From Verrucomicrobiia bacterium (GTDB taxonomy: Bacteria > Verrucomicrobiota > Verrucomicrobiia > Limisphaerales > UBA1319), in contig OY760937.1 in NCBI GenBank assembly GCA_963664225.1, positions 5,344,001 to 5,408,000 on the forward strand: 64,000 nucleotides of DNA, in the 5' to 3' direction. Positions within the stretch are counted from its first letter, which is position 1, and each line of letters opens with the position of its first letter. The translations under genes and the position numbers were made by a program. The notes under the pieces were generated by a model, which searched no databases, had not been told where the DNA came from, and saw nothing but the letters and a program-made list of their open reading frames with translations. Below are positions 37,071-47,050 of this stretch, piece after piece.

Positions 37071-40000
37071 TTACTCAGCGGTATCGAAATTCCAGCGGCC
37101 CCAAAGCAGGGGCGTTAGTTCGGCTTCGCTTGGAACATCGGCTGTGATGCCGCTGGCTTTGTTTGCCCAATATACCCTCTGCAGAGTTTGGAATCCGTTT
37201 CCGCGCAGGATGCCAATGTCACCTTTGATGGGATGGCCGTTCTGCGGTTTTAGACCCAATGTGGCGAGCGGAATCGAAATTTCGTAATTTCCGTTGGCAC
37301 CCGCCATCTTGATTTGATCCCCGACGTCCTCAACGCTGTCCAAAGTAATTGTTCTCCACGGGGAGCTGAATGGAATGGGTTCCTTTGTGCCGGGCACGAC
37401 CGCGCGATAGAGTCGTGCGGCAATCTTTCCTTTTACTTGCGTGACCAGCAAGCGGCAGTCCCCATCGATCGGTTTGGTCCTGCTTTCATCGGCGGCTGCG
37501 TCGGTCCCAATCATGAGATCCAACGCTCCTCCTGTTTTAAAGAGTGCATTCGGCATCTCGCCCGTGTTTCGCAGCAAGTTGGCATCACCTGTGCGAAAGG
37601 CTGCGTAGAGGCGGTCACCAGCCACTGCCACGGCGCCTTGGACGTCGTAAGGTTTGCTGCTGCTGTCGAAATAGGCGGCAACTCCGCTTCTGTCTATATC
37701 CACCCATTGGGCTTCAGACCAATCGTCGAGAGAACCGTCCAATATGGGCGCCGTTTTGCGGAGTTGGACTTTCATGACGCCGGAGCCCTGGCGTTTCTGG
37801 CGTTCAGATTCGCTTTGAAAGAAGCATGAACGGGCATTGACCAGGTCGTCGGCATTCACGACGATGGTGCTGTCAGGTAGGCGACGGATGGTTTCCAAAC
37901 CCTCTACTCTTACGATTGAGGAACGCCCGCCATCGATCAAATAGACCTTGCCATCTTTGGTCTGGGTAATGCTTGGCCAAAAATTCTCGTCGTGAAGCGT
38001 GAGATCGTTGAGCAGCATGCCGCGTTGAGCCGTCGGCATCGACCATGTTGGGCCGCGGCGCACATCCTTGAATAGCTCCGTGACGAACAATCCATCGGCC
38101 GTAAAAAGATACATGTTTCCCTGGTTGCCATTGATGCACCACAATGGCCCGGCGTCCCCACTGCGCGGAGTGACAAAATCCCCCAGCAATCTTGTGGTGC
38201 CGATCACCATGCCAGGAAAGCTCGGAGGTGGTGAATCGTGGGAGGCGTGCAGGCCGGGCCACAGGCTGGGATAGGACCAGCGTGGTTTGCCTTTAAATAC
38301 GCCCGCAACTCCATAAGGAGAAAAGGGAACCGACGGTGTCGTCAAGATTGTCCAGCCTGTTTCATTCCAGAGCGCCTGGTCGCCTCCAGAGGAAACGGGA
38401 TTTTGCGCCCCTGAGGCCAGGATATCGCCCTTCGCCAAGTCATAGACCGGCGCTCCAAAGCCGGTGAACTGTTGCGGAGCAAATCGCATGGCATTTGTGC
38501 CGACTCGCGAGGCGACAAATGACAAGTCTGGTGTGACAGTGATGGAACCGACAATTGCCGCCAACATTTGCACCTCATTGGTCTGCAACTTGCCATCGGC
38601 GTTCAAATCCGACCAACTGAAAAGAGCCGCGTTGTGCCGATCATCACCTTGAAGGTTCACTCGGTCTGGCCAGAGCGGTTTGAAGGCATCGGCCTTCAGC
38701 ACTTTCCAATCCTGCGCCCTTCCCAATGCCGCGACCGGGCGCGCAATTCCGGCCACCTCCTGCCATAGCATTGCCACACCGGGGCCCCCCGTGGGGTTGC
38801 TGTTGTGGTCCTGAGAATAGTATTTCCGTCCGTGGACATAATGCGGTTGCTCTGGTGTTCCGGTGGATCCGTAGCCGTCAGGCGGTTCGAGATCACCAAC
38901 GGCAGGGCGATGGAAAACGTTTACAAGACGGTCGATGCCTTTTTCCCAATCCAGATGGAACTCCATCCCGTGGTAATAGAATTTCGTTTTGTCTTGCGGA
39001 TCAAGTTTTCCGCCACCGCCATATTCGGAGGGGCCGTAGAAGGAGCGAACCAATTTGCCATCCAGCGTCCAAATGCTGACACGTTTGGGTTGGAAATCAT
39101 TTTCCGTTACCCACAGCCGGTTCAAGGAATCAATCGTAAGGCCATCCGGATTGTGCATCTGAAGCGGGTCGTAAGATCCGGCTTTTGGGATGCCAGATGT
39201 GCCGATGGCCCGAAGGAATTGCCCGGTGGCAGAGAAGACTCTCACCTGATGGCGGTCACCGCAGTCGGAGACATAGATATTGCCGACCGGATCCAACGTC
39301 AATTGCCTTGGGTCTTGAAGCTTGCTTTCTGCATTGGACCCAACGGTGTCTGAAATCAACTCTTCCGGCGGGGGCAGCACGATTTTGTCGGGAGTCGGTG
39401 TCCAGTGATCCATATCGAAACGCAGAAGTTTTTGCCCCGATAAGGCGTAAAAGAATTTGCGCTGTCCAATCCCAAAAGCGAGGCCGCGCGGATTTTGTAA
39501 TTCGGCGGTTCCAATGGCCTTTTTTGCGCGGGCATCGACGAACACCAATTGATTCAGTTTCGGCAAACTGAATACGATCAGCCCATCGCTCACTGCCAGG
39601 CCGCCAAGGTGCTCGCCCCATGTGCTTTCGCCTGCGGGCTTGTGCTCCAATGGGCCGGGTGGAGTATAGTTGAATTTCAATATGGGTGTGTTTCCGTCCT
39701 TAGTGAGTGCGGTGAGTCGGACTTCACCCCGTTTTTCCTTCGCCCGATTGGGATCGTCCTCGCTGCTCCAGGATGCGGCGGCATAAGCGAAATGATTCGT
39801 CACCGCGTCTGTGCCATCGTCACGGGCTAGAAACTGCGCCCCCGTCCAGTTGCCGCCAACCCAGCCGACACCACCTTGTTTTCGGCCTTCCAGATCGACC
39901 CATGCAAGACCATGACCGCCTTCGCTCACGTAGCTGCCAAGGAAGACCAAGGGTTTGCCGCCGGGGGCGCGGGTCGCCGGCACGAACAACGCGGCGCAAG

Positions 40001-41501
40001 GCGGCGTGTGGTTGGCCAGCCATGCCCCGGTGCTATCGGCGATTTCCCAAGCCGGTTGACCGGCATTGTAAACCGAAAATTCGTAGCGCAAGTCGATTTG
40101 TTTTCGCCACAATCCGCGCACCCGATAGGTGCCGGGCTGGACGAATTGTTCGGGAATGCGGTAAACGCCGTGACGGTACGCCTCCGGATCGCGGCCCAAA
40201 TCATCCATGCCGTCCCACCAGGCGGTGTTTTGGCCCGATGGGAATTTCGTTTCCGCGATCAGGTTCCTAATGCGGCTGCCATTAGAGTCGTCGATGACAA
40301 GCGTGACGAAGCCCTCCTCTGGCAAACTGAAGCGAATGGGAATCGGCGGATGCGTTGGCAGCGCCTTTGGTGTGTCCACAATGACCGAGGCCAGTTCGGA
40401 ATCGCCCAGTGATTGCAGCGCCAGGAGTTCCCCCAGCCAGACGCGCCGTCCGTCCTTGGTCTTTCCTCTGAGGTGACCGTGCGCGCGTCCCTCATCAATG
40501 GTTTTGGTGATGCGCAAGCGAATGGCCCGCGTGGTGATGTCGCGCCCAAATTCCATCCCGTTGACACCGAGCGAGCGGGGATACTGGTTTTCGATGTCGG
40601 AAAACGTTCGAATGGTTTGCCAGTCAGCATCTGTGGCGTCACGAGGGTGTTTATCTGATGAGCCTGTATAAGCCTGCAATTCGGCCTCGCTGAATCCGGC
40701 CCAGAGCGCATTCAATCCACACAGCCTGACCGGTTTTGGCCACGTTAACATCACCCATGCTGGAGATGCCGCCGAGATCGTCGGGGCGTTTGTCTTTGGT
40801 TCATTATCCCAGGTCTCCCAGGTTCCGTCGTTGCTCTCATTATTTAATTTCAGCGCCTTGTCGTTGTTTCCGCCCGCCGATGCCACCGCCTGCGGAGCGA
40901 TATTGGCTAATCGTTGTGGCAAAACAAATACACCACCCAGCCATCCGGCGTAACTTCGGTCAATCGGCATGCTGGTGTGTGTGAATCGCAACGCCCGAGT
41001 TGTTGTATCCGGAGGCAGAACCCATAACGCATAATCCTCGTGTCCGACTTCCTCCCGAGTCACATGGCCCTCCTTCAACCGCGTTGCCGGGAGCCAATCC
41101 GCTTCGACATCAAGCCGTCCCGGAAATGGCGCTGTGGATTTGAGCACGCCAAGTTGTCCGCCGCCCCGGACCATGACCGTGCCCGCTGGCAAAGGGACCT
41201 TCCAACCGATGCGAAGATGCCGGACGCCCGATATCTTCGATTCGCCAAACGTTACGCCATCCCACTCCGGTTGGCTTGTTTGCGTCCAGATCACATGACT
41301 CGGGCCTTTTTTCAGTGGCACAAGCTGTTCGCGTCCGTCCACCCATGCCGCAAAGGCGGATGCCTCCAGGTGTTCCAGGGTCAAAGGTGTGCCAAACGGG
41401 GATGCATTGCCTGGCGCATCTGGGTGTGCGCCAAAAACCTGTGTCGAGAGAAAGATTACAGCAATCAAACTCGTGGGGAGGTTCCAGGGAAGTATCTTCA
41501 T
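37071..41501 (-). CDS. Very large secreted protein (1476 aa): galactose-binding-like N-domains, FlgD Ig-like domain, NHL/beta-propeller region, C-terminal CBM9-like domain
   Basis: Signal peptide; 'VTLVIDD..G..IRNL...WWDGMDD..PGTY' (FlgD-Ig); 'PRQLTLDPVGNIYVSD..HQVRVF' NHL repeats; 'PILDGSLDDW...YEISIPL..LG' CBM9-like. Confidence 0.75.
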   Translation of the reverse strand: MKILPWNLPTSLIAVIFLSTQVFGAHPDAPGNASPFGTPLTLEHLEASAFAAWVDGREQLVPLKKGPSHVIWTQTSQPEWDGVTFGESKISGVRHLRIGWKVPLPAGTVMVRGGGQLGVLKSTAPFPGRLDVEADWLPATRLKEGHVTREEVGHEDYALWVLPPDTTTRALRFTHTSMPIDRSYAGWLGGVFVLPQRLANIAPQAVASAGGNNDKALKLNNESNDGTWETWDNEPKTNAPTISAASPAWVMLTWPKPVRLCGLNALWAGFSEAELQAYTGSSDKHPRDATDADWQTIRTFSDIENQYPRSLGVNGMEFGRDITTRAIRLRITKTIDEGRAHGHLRGKTKDGRRVWLGELLALQSLGDSELASVIVDTPKALPTHPPIPIRFSLPEEGFVTLVIDDSNGSRIRNLIAETKFPSGQNTAWWDGMDDLGRDPEAYRHGVYRIPEQFVQPGTYRVRGLWRKQIDLRYEFSVYNAGQPAWEIADSTGAWLANHTPPCAALFVPATRAPGGKPLVFLGSYVSEGGHGLAWVDLEGRKQGGVGWVGGNWTGAQFLARDDGTDAVTNHFAYAAASWSSEDDPNRAKEKRGEVRLTALTKDGNTPILKFNYTPPGPLEHKPAGESTWGEHLGGLAVSDGLIVFSLPKLNQLVFVDARAKKAIGTAELQNPRGLAFGIGQRKFFYALSGQKLLRFDMDHWTPTPDKIVLPPPEELISDTVGSNAESKLQDPRQLTLDPVGNIYVSDCGDRHQVRVFSATGQFLRAIGTSGIPKAGSYDPLQMHNPDGLTIDSLNRLWVTENDFQPKRVSIWTLDGKLVRSFYGPSEYGGGGKLDPQDKTKFYYHGMEFHLDWEKGIDRLVNVFHRPAVGDLEPPDGYGSTGTPEQPHYVHGRKYYSQDHNSNPTGGPGVAMLWQEVAGIARPVAALGRAQDWKVLKADAFKPLWPDRVNLQGDDRHNAALFSWSDLNADGKLQTNEVQMLAAIVGSITVTPDLSFVASRVGTNAMRFAPQQFTGFGAPVYDLAKGDILASGAQNPVSSGGDQALWNETGWTILTTPSVPFSPYGVAGVFKGKPRWSYPSLWPGLHASHDSPPPSFPGMVIGTTRLLGDFVTPRSGDAGPLWCINGNQGNMYLFTADGLFVTELFKDVRRGPTWSMPTAQRGMLLNDLTLHDENFWPSITQTKDGKVYLIDGGRSSIVRVEGLETIRRLPDSTIVVNADDLVNARSCFFQSESERQKRQGSGVMKVQLRKTAPILDGSLDDWSEAQWVDIDRSGVAAYFDSSSKPYDVQGAVAVAGDRLYAAFRTGDANLLRNTGEMPNALFKTGGALDLMIGTDAAADESRTKPIDGDCRLLVTQVKGKIAARLYRAVVPGTKEPIPFSSPWRTITLDSVEDVGDQIKMAGANGNYEISIPLATLGLKPQNGHPIKGDIGILRGNGFQTLQRVYWANKASGITADVPSEAELTPLLWGRWNFDTAE

Positions 41502-41558
41502 TGGTTAAGAATCAGATCGCCACATTATTTTGGTTTCAGCATGAGTTCAAGCACAGCA

Positions 41559-42962
41559 TCATTCCAAGTACCAATAATGGATGGAGTAGGGCTCGAATTG
41601 AAGCTGTCGCTGAGGCTGGCTTGTTTTTAGGTCTTCAAAAGGTTCCGGACGCAACCGGGCATTTTCGTCTGCGCTCACGGACGTGACGTCCAATGTGACG
41701 TGGCGGATCTTGCGGTTTTCCTTGAGACCATCAAACTGGACGGTGACGTTCACTGGTTTGTCAGAGAAATTCCATAGCAACAAGTTTTCCATCAGGAGGC
41801 GGTCATCACGCGTGGCCAAGCCGTGAATCGCCGGATTTGATGAGGTCAGGGCAAGACGATCCCCCTCCAGCCTGGACAGTAATTTGAAGGTAAAATAGGA
41901 GGGTCTCACCTGGTTTTGATAATCAAACAGGCCATCGAATTGCGGCATGCGATTCCACCAGCGCGTCATGAACGCCGTGCCGCGGGGCGACATGAACGCT
42001 TTAAAAACGTCAAACGAAACATAATAATCGCGAATCTGGTAATAGCAGGAGTAGTCCAGACCGCCCTCTTTCATTTGAAAAATCGATTCAGCCACGTAAC
42101 ACGGCTGGAAACGCGGGTCCAGCGGTGGGTTAAAGAGATCCATGTTCCATTCGTCGAGAAACGTTTCGGGTTTAAGCGTTGGATACTTTTTGAGTAGATC
42201 TTTCACGTAAGTGATGGTGTCCCGGATGGAGTTCGGTGCGCTGCTGTAAATATGCCAGGAGACGAAATGCAGGGGAGTTGCGTTGGTCGAGCAGGAATCA
42301 AGCAGGGCCGGGAGAATGGGGGAGCGGGAATTGGCCAGGGCTGGTCCGCCGACGCGGGCGTTGGGATCGGCTCGCAGAATCGCCGCCACTGTATGCTGAT
42401 AATAGCGAACATAACTTTCTGGTTTGAAACGATAGGGACAACCGCCGTCTTCGCCGATGTCCGGTTCGTTGGCGACCTCCCAATATTGAATTCCGGCGCC
42501 GCGTTCCTGGTAATGTTTAACGAGGTTAAAGATGAGCTGTTCCCACTGCGCATAGTCATTGGGATCGACAATATCCTGATTGATGCCGGGGAACAGAGCG
42601 TGCGGCTTGAAGCAAATGCACATCAGTGGCTTTGCGCCAGCTTTGAGAATGGTGTCGATGGATCGATCGAGCAAATCGAACCGATAGCGTCCGCGCTCAG
42701 GCAACAGGTCGAAATATTCCTGGATGAAGAGACGGATTATTTTGGGTCTCAGCGCGCGGATTTCTGTGGTCCGGTTGTCCCACATGGGCTCGACGGAAAG
42801 CCCGCCCTGGCCAAGAGCCATTTGATCGATGTGCATGGGACCAAGTCGCTCATTAAATTCGACCTTCACTTCCGCCACAGGGGTCTGTGCCTTGACGGAA
42901 ACCGCCGTGACCACGCAGCCGAGAACAAGGAAACTCCCTAACTTTCGAAGTATTGTTTTCAT
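41559..42962 (-). CDS. GH39-like glycoside hydrolase (clan GH-A)
   Basis: Signal peptide; YWEVANEPD, ARVGGPA, FVSWHIY, FLDEWN. Confidence 0.82.
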   Translation of the reverse strand: MKTILRKLGSFLVLGCVVTAVSVKAQTPVAEVKVEFNERLGPMHIDQMALGQGGLSVEPMWDNRTTEIRALRPKIIRLFIQEYFDLLPERGRYRFDLLDRSIDTILKAGAKPLMCICFKPHALFPGINQDIVDPNDYAQWEQLIFNLVKHYQERGAGIQYWEVANEPDIGEDGGCPYRFKPESYVRYYQHTVAAILRADPNARVGGPALANSRSPILPALLDSCSTNATPLHFVSWHIYSSAPNSIRDTITYVKDLLKKYPTLKPETFLDEWNMDLFNPPLDPRFQPCYVAESIFQMKEGGLDYSCYYQIRDYYVSFDVFKAFMSPRGTAFMTRWWNRMPQFDGLFDYQNQVRPSYFTFKLLSRLEGDRLALTSSNPAIHGLATRDDRLLMENLLLWNFSDKPVNVTVQFDGLKENRKIRHVTLDVTSVSADENARLRPEPFEDLKTSQPQRQLQFEPYSIHYWYLE

Positions 42963-42972
42963 TGTGAGGTTA

Positions 42973-45801
42973 TTATCGATAGGACGCCACGATTTCATAA
43001 CGGTTTTTCACCGGCGTGCTGATGCGCACCCATTCTTTCTTGGGATCAAAATCGGTCCAGCCAGCGCCGTTGATTCGGACGGCGCTTATCGCCTTGCCCT
43101 GGGGATGACGCATGCGCAGGTAAATGGATTTGGGTTTCCGATCGGCAGCGAGTTCCACCTGCGCTCGAATCTCCTGGGACGCCACGCGGCTTTGGATGCG
43201 CAGCGTAACCGGTCCGTAATAGGTCGGGGCGCGCTCGACCAGAATCTGTTTGCCGTCCTCCAACCAATGACGCGGAGTGGCCTGGCAGAGCCGGAGCGAG
43301 CCATCCTCTGCCTCGTGAATCAACAGATTGCGATAAAGCTCAAACCATGCGCCGTCGGTGCTGGGCGGCATGTAATACTGACCCCAGGCCCATCGATGCT
43401 CCAGCGGCGTCAGTTGGTGATGCGAGAAGGCGCAGGCCATCATGCTGTAAAAGGTGCGGATCGCCGCTTCGGGCTCGTCGCGATATAGATAGGCGGTTCC
43501 CTGCATATTATAGACTGGCTCATTGGCCATGCCCCATTGGTTTAGGAACAGGTTGTCCTCATGGTCGTGAAGCATGGCGGTGGCCAGCCATCCGCGTGGG
43601 TCAATTGCCCCCAGACGTGCCAGATGCAATGGCCCACAATCGATGTCCGTTGGATACCACAGGTCGAGCAGGCGTCGGGGCGTCATCGCGTCGCAAGGCA
43701 CATAATTGTTCCAGGTGCCGTCTGCGAGTTGGACCACGGGGGATTTTACGCTGGCGCAGGCGAAGGCATGCTCGACATCCACCCGCATTTTCTTTGCCGT
43801 GTTGATCACTGCTTCGGCACGCGGATCCCCATACGCTGCAAGGGCGCGACCGAACATGTCCAGTCCTGCGACGAAGTAAGCGTTTGGAAAGCCCCACGCG
43901 CGGGCCTCATGGGTCAGGTCGTTGAGCGGGGCCACAATGAGGCCAGGCGCTTCCTTGGAATTCTGTCCGCGCGCGACTTCGGCCAGGCACCAGTCGAGAG
44001 CCTTCAAAGAGGCAGGAAGCAACCGTTGAAAAGCCGCGCGGTCATTCGAGAGCAGGAAGTTTTGCCCGATGGAATAAAGCATCCCAGGCGAATAGACACC
44101 CCACTCCGCAAAGCCTCCAACGCGCCCATCGGGCTTTTGCTGGCTGCGGTACATGGCGGCGAGTTCCTGCTCAGCCGTGCTAAAATACCCGCGCAGTCCG
44201 TAGATCATGTAATCCACATAAACGGCCTGGTTGATGGGCCAGTCGGCGTTGAGCTGGCCATAGGCAAAGTTCGAGTAGGGCAGGTCCATGTGAGCAGTGC
44301 CATTCTCATCTATTCGGTGACGCGGCAACATTAGCGCGTGCCAGAGATTTGCCCGAAACAATGCGTTCACCTCCGGCTCCGGCACCTCGAACCGCGCGCC
44401 CTGGGCCAGCCAATCCTCCCAATATTTCGCAGTGGAGGCGCGGGTCTTGACGAAGTCGAGCGCAACCAGATCCGCCACGCTTTCGATAGAGACAACAGGT
44501 GAAGCAAGTTTGATGAGGAGTACGCGGGTTTCTCCCGCACCGAGTTGGCCCACGCAATCGAACTCGATGCGCGGATCCTTTTCATCCGCGATCGGTTTTC
44601 GCACTTTCAGGGTCAAACCGGCTTCGGGCTCCATCATCAACCAAACCATTCCAGATTCACGGTCAACCACACACCAGCGGCCGGAAAGTTCGCGCAGTTC
44701 CGGGTGTCTATTCGTGTCCTCCGTTGCCAGCCGGAGGCCCAGGTTGATTGGACCCGTTCCTGTAATCTGGACCCTGGTGAAGAAGACGCTGGCCAATTCA
44801 CCGGGCTTTGAAGGAGGTGTGTCGCGAAGTGGGGCGGCGAATTGTTCGACCTCGCAACGCAGTTCGTTGCGGTCGAGACGGGTGATGGTGATGGGCAGGC
44901 CGTTTTCAATGTGTTGCCCTGACCACTGGCATCCGGGCCAGAGCACATCGAAGCGGAACTTGTGTGGCGATGCGAAATCAGGCCGCACATTGGCCCAGCG
45001 GTCCACCCCGAATTTGTAGAGCGAGCCTTGTCGCGCAACGGTACCCGTGAGATGGCCTCTGGTGCCCAGCCACGATGTTTCCCATGGCTTGTTCCATTGA
45101 ATTGGATTGCCGAAATCCTCCCACTTGTTTGTCCACTCCGCGAGTGTTGCCTCAGGTTCGCGCTTTACGCGATCCAGCACCCGTTCACCGACCAGCGATG
45201 CGCGATGCATGGCGAAATCGACTGGCTCATTTGCCAGCGTCACGAACACATCGTGCTCTGGTAGCCACATGGCCTTGTGCCGCATGAGTTGATCAAGGCC
45301 TATCGAGAATCCGCGAGTGCCATCGGCCGCGGTAACCACCGTGAGGACTGGCGCATCGGGTTTGAGGCCGGGGTCGTCCTTGAGTCGCGCGATTTGTTCA
45401 GTCGTGCCGTTCTTTAGAAGGTAGGCCCAGATTTCATGCGGCTTGCGCAATGGCTGTCTGGGAATCTTCCAGGAGACCACCGCTGTCAAGGCATCCACGT
45501 CCCCGGCTCCTGCGCGGGTTTCGCAGACGTTTCCTTGAAGCGTGTCGCCCGATTCAAAGCGGTCTGAGCTGACGTGCGTGATCTCAATATTATTTGTGAC
45601 GAAGCTGATGCGAAAAGGCTTCGCAAACGCGGATTGATGGCCCCAGGAAAAACGCACCTTGAGGTGTTGGGCTGGCGGGTCCGAGACAAGTGCCGGTTTC
45701 GTCTCGGCGGAAGCAACGTCGGCAAAAGCACCCAGTAAAGCAACACAAACCAGGCCGATTAACACGATGTTGAACGGTTTTAAAATGCGGTTTGTATGCA
45801 T
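42973..45801 (-). CDS. Secreted (alpha/alpha)6-barrel glycoside hydrolase-like protein
   Basis: Signal peptide; 'YWEDWL..GARFEVPEPEVNALFR' barrel entry, C-terminal 'PRHWL..G..I.VERAPTYYG' beta domain as in six-hairpin glycosidases. Confidence 0.65.
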   Translation of the reverse strand: MHTNRILKPFNIVLIGLVCVALLGAFADVASAETKPALVSDPPAQHLKVRFSWGHQSAFAKPFRISFVTNNIEITHVSSDRFESGDTLQGNVCETRAGAGDVDALTAVVSWKIPRQPLRKPHEIWAYLLKNGTTEQIARLKDDPGLKPDAPVLTVVTAADGTRGFSIGLDQLMRHKAMWLPEHDVFVTLANEPVDFAMHRASLVGERVLDRVKREPEATLAEWTNKWEDFGNPIQWNKPWETSWLGTRGHLTGTVARQGSLYKFGVDRWANVRPDFASPHKFRFDVLWPGCQWSGQHIENGLPITITRLDRNELRCEVEQFAAPLRDTPPSKPGELASVFFTRVQITGTGPINLGLRLATEDTNRHPELRELSGRWCVVDRESGMVWLMMEPEAGLTLKVRKPIADEKDPRIEFDCVGQLGAGETRVLLIKLASPVVSIESVADLVALDFVKTRASTAKYWEDWLAQGARFEVPEPEVNALFRANLWHALMLPRHRIDENGTAHMDLPYSNFAYGQLNADWPINQAVYVDYMIYGLRGYFSTAEQELAAMYRSQQKPDGRVGGFAEWGVYSPGMLYSIGQNFLLSNDRAAFQRLLPASLKALDWCLAEVARGQNSKEAPGLIVAPLNDLTHEARAWGFPNAYFVAGLDMFGRALAAYGDPRAEAVINTAKKMRVDVEHAFACASVKSPVVQLADGTWNNYVPCDAMTPRRLLDLWYPTDIDCGPLHLARLGAIDPRGWLATAMLHDHEDNLFLNQWGMANEPVYNMQGTAYLYRDEPEAAIRTFYSMMACAFSHHQLTPLEHRWAWGQYYMPPSTDGAWFELYRNLLIHEAEDGSLRLCQATPRHWLEDGKQILVERAPTYYGPVTLRIQSRVASQEIRAQVELAADRKPKSIYLRMRHPQGKAISAVRINGAGWTDFDPKKEWVRISTPVKNRYEIVASYR

Positions 45802-45807
45802 GCGGCA

Positions 45808-47049
45808 TCAGGATTGTGGCTCGGGTACAGGCACGCGCTCCCAGACAATGGCCTCGTCAAACAGGTCGCGTGACGAGAAGGTCCAGAGGACGATTTTCTT
45901 GTGGCGAAGGGCTTGAGGTTTCTGAACCAGTGTTTCGCGTGATCCTGTGGCCCCGCCACCATTTTGCGCAATCACCTGGACTCGGGTGTTCAACACTTTC
46001 ATCAGTTGCTCACCCAGGCCGGCTCCTTCGCCCCAGCCAAGTTCGGGGCGGCTGAAGACATTGCTGTAACTGTCTCCGAGCAGCAGGACCGGGGCGTCAT
46101 CGCCCCCTTTTACAAGCTGGCCGCCTTCAAAAACCTGGTCGATCACGACGCTTTCTTTGGGGAACGGATTACCCTTGGGCTCAGTTTCCAGCATGCGCAT
46201 CAGGTCGCCGTAATTGCTGGCGATTTCAGATCGGCTCGACAGTTTTAAGCCATCCACCGGCGACAACAACGGTTTCAAGTGCTTCGCCATGCTTTGCACG
46301 ACGATTCGCAAGCCTGCGGGGCTCCAATGGGTGTCTTGCTTGAGAAATAAAAGGGGACCGCTTGACCTGGCATGCCACAGGTCTTCCGTGACATCCAGAA
46401 CATCCACCCCGGCATCCCGCAACTGCTGCAAAAACACAGAATAATCACGGTTCCAGGCCGGACCGGCCGCAGCGGAGTATCCGGGCCAGACTTTTTCCGG
46501 ATAAATGACCGGCTTGACTGGAATGGGGGCCAGGACCAGCCGAATGCCGCGGGCGGAAAGCTGCCGCTGGTAATCCAGGATCACTCCAATCGCATCGGAG
46601 GATTTGCGCCTAACACCGCCTGTGTTGCTGATGCCCCGAGTGGGTCCAATCCGCCGCGACAGGAAGCCCGGTCCCGACGCAAGGTCCACCTCTTTACGAA
46701 AAAAGAGAAAACCGTCACGGCCGATCACTATTTTTTCCGTTCCCTGGCCAAACACGCGAATCAATAACGATTGATAAACCGTTCGCAATCGTCCGGCCAA
46801 AACCGATTCGCTGGCCAGATCTTCCGCAAAACGCTTGAGCGAGGCGGGGTTTGGAACCTCTTGAAACAGGCGCAGAAAACGCCATTGGTGCGTCGTGCTC
46901 AGCTCGTGAATCAATTGATGCATGGGTGGGATCAAGATCATCATCAGGAAGATTGCAGTGATCCATCGGCTTGTGCGACGGTCGATCCTCGCATCCTTCA
47001 TCAAAGGCGTCACAGTCGCGGAGTGTGGCTTGGATTCGCGGTCGGCCAT
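45808..47049 (-). CDS. AlgJ/AlgX-family SGNH-like O-acetyltransferase
   Basis: N-terminal membrane anchor; IGRDGFLFF, PIPVKPVIYPE, QDTHWSPAG, LLLGDSYS. Confidence 0.82.
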   Translation of the reverse strand: MADRESKPHSATVTPLMKDARIDRRTSRWITAIFLMMILIPPMHQLIHELSTTHQWRFLRLFQEVPNPASLKRFAEDLASESVLAGRLRTVYQSLLIRVFGQGTEKIVIGRDGFLFFRKEVDLASGPGFLSRRIGPTRGISNTGGVRRKSSDAIGVILDYQRQLSARGIRLVLAPIPVKPVIYPEKVWPGYSAAAGPAWNRDYSVFLQQLRDAGVDVLDVTEDLWHARSSGPLLFLKQDTHWSPAGLRIVVQSMAKHLKPLLSPVDGLKLSSRSEIASNYGDLMRMLETEPKGNPFPKESVVIDQVFEGGQLVKGGDDAPVLLLGDSYSNVFSRPELGWGEGAGLGEQLMKVLNTRVQVIAQNGGGATGSRETLVQKPQALRHKKIVLWTFSSRDLFDEAIVWERVPVPEPQS

Positions 47050-47050
47050 A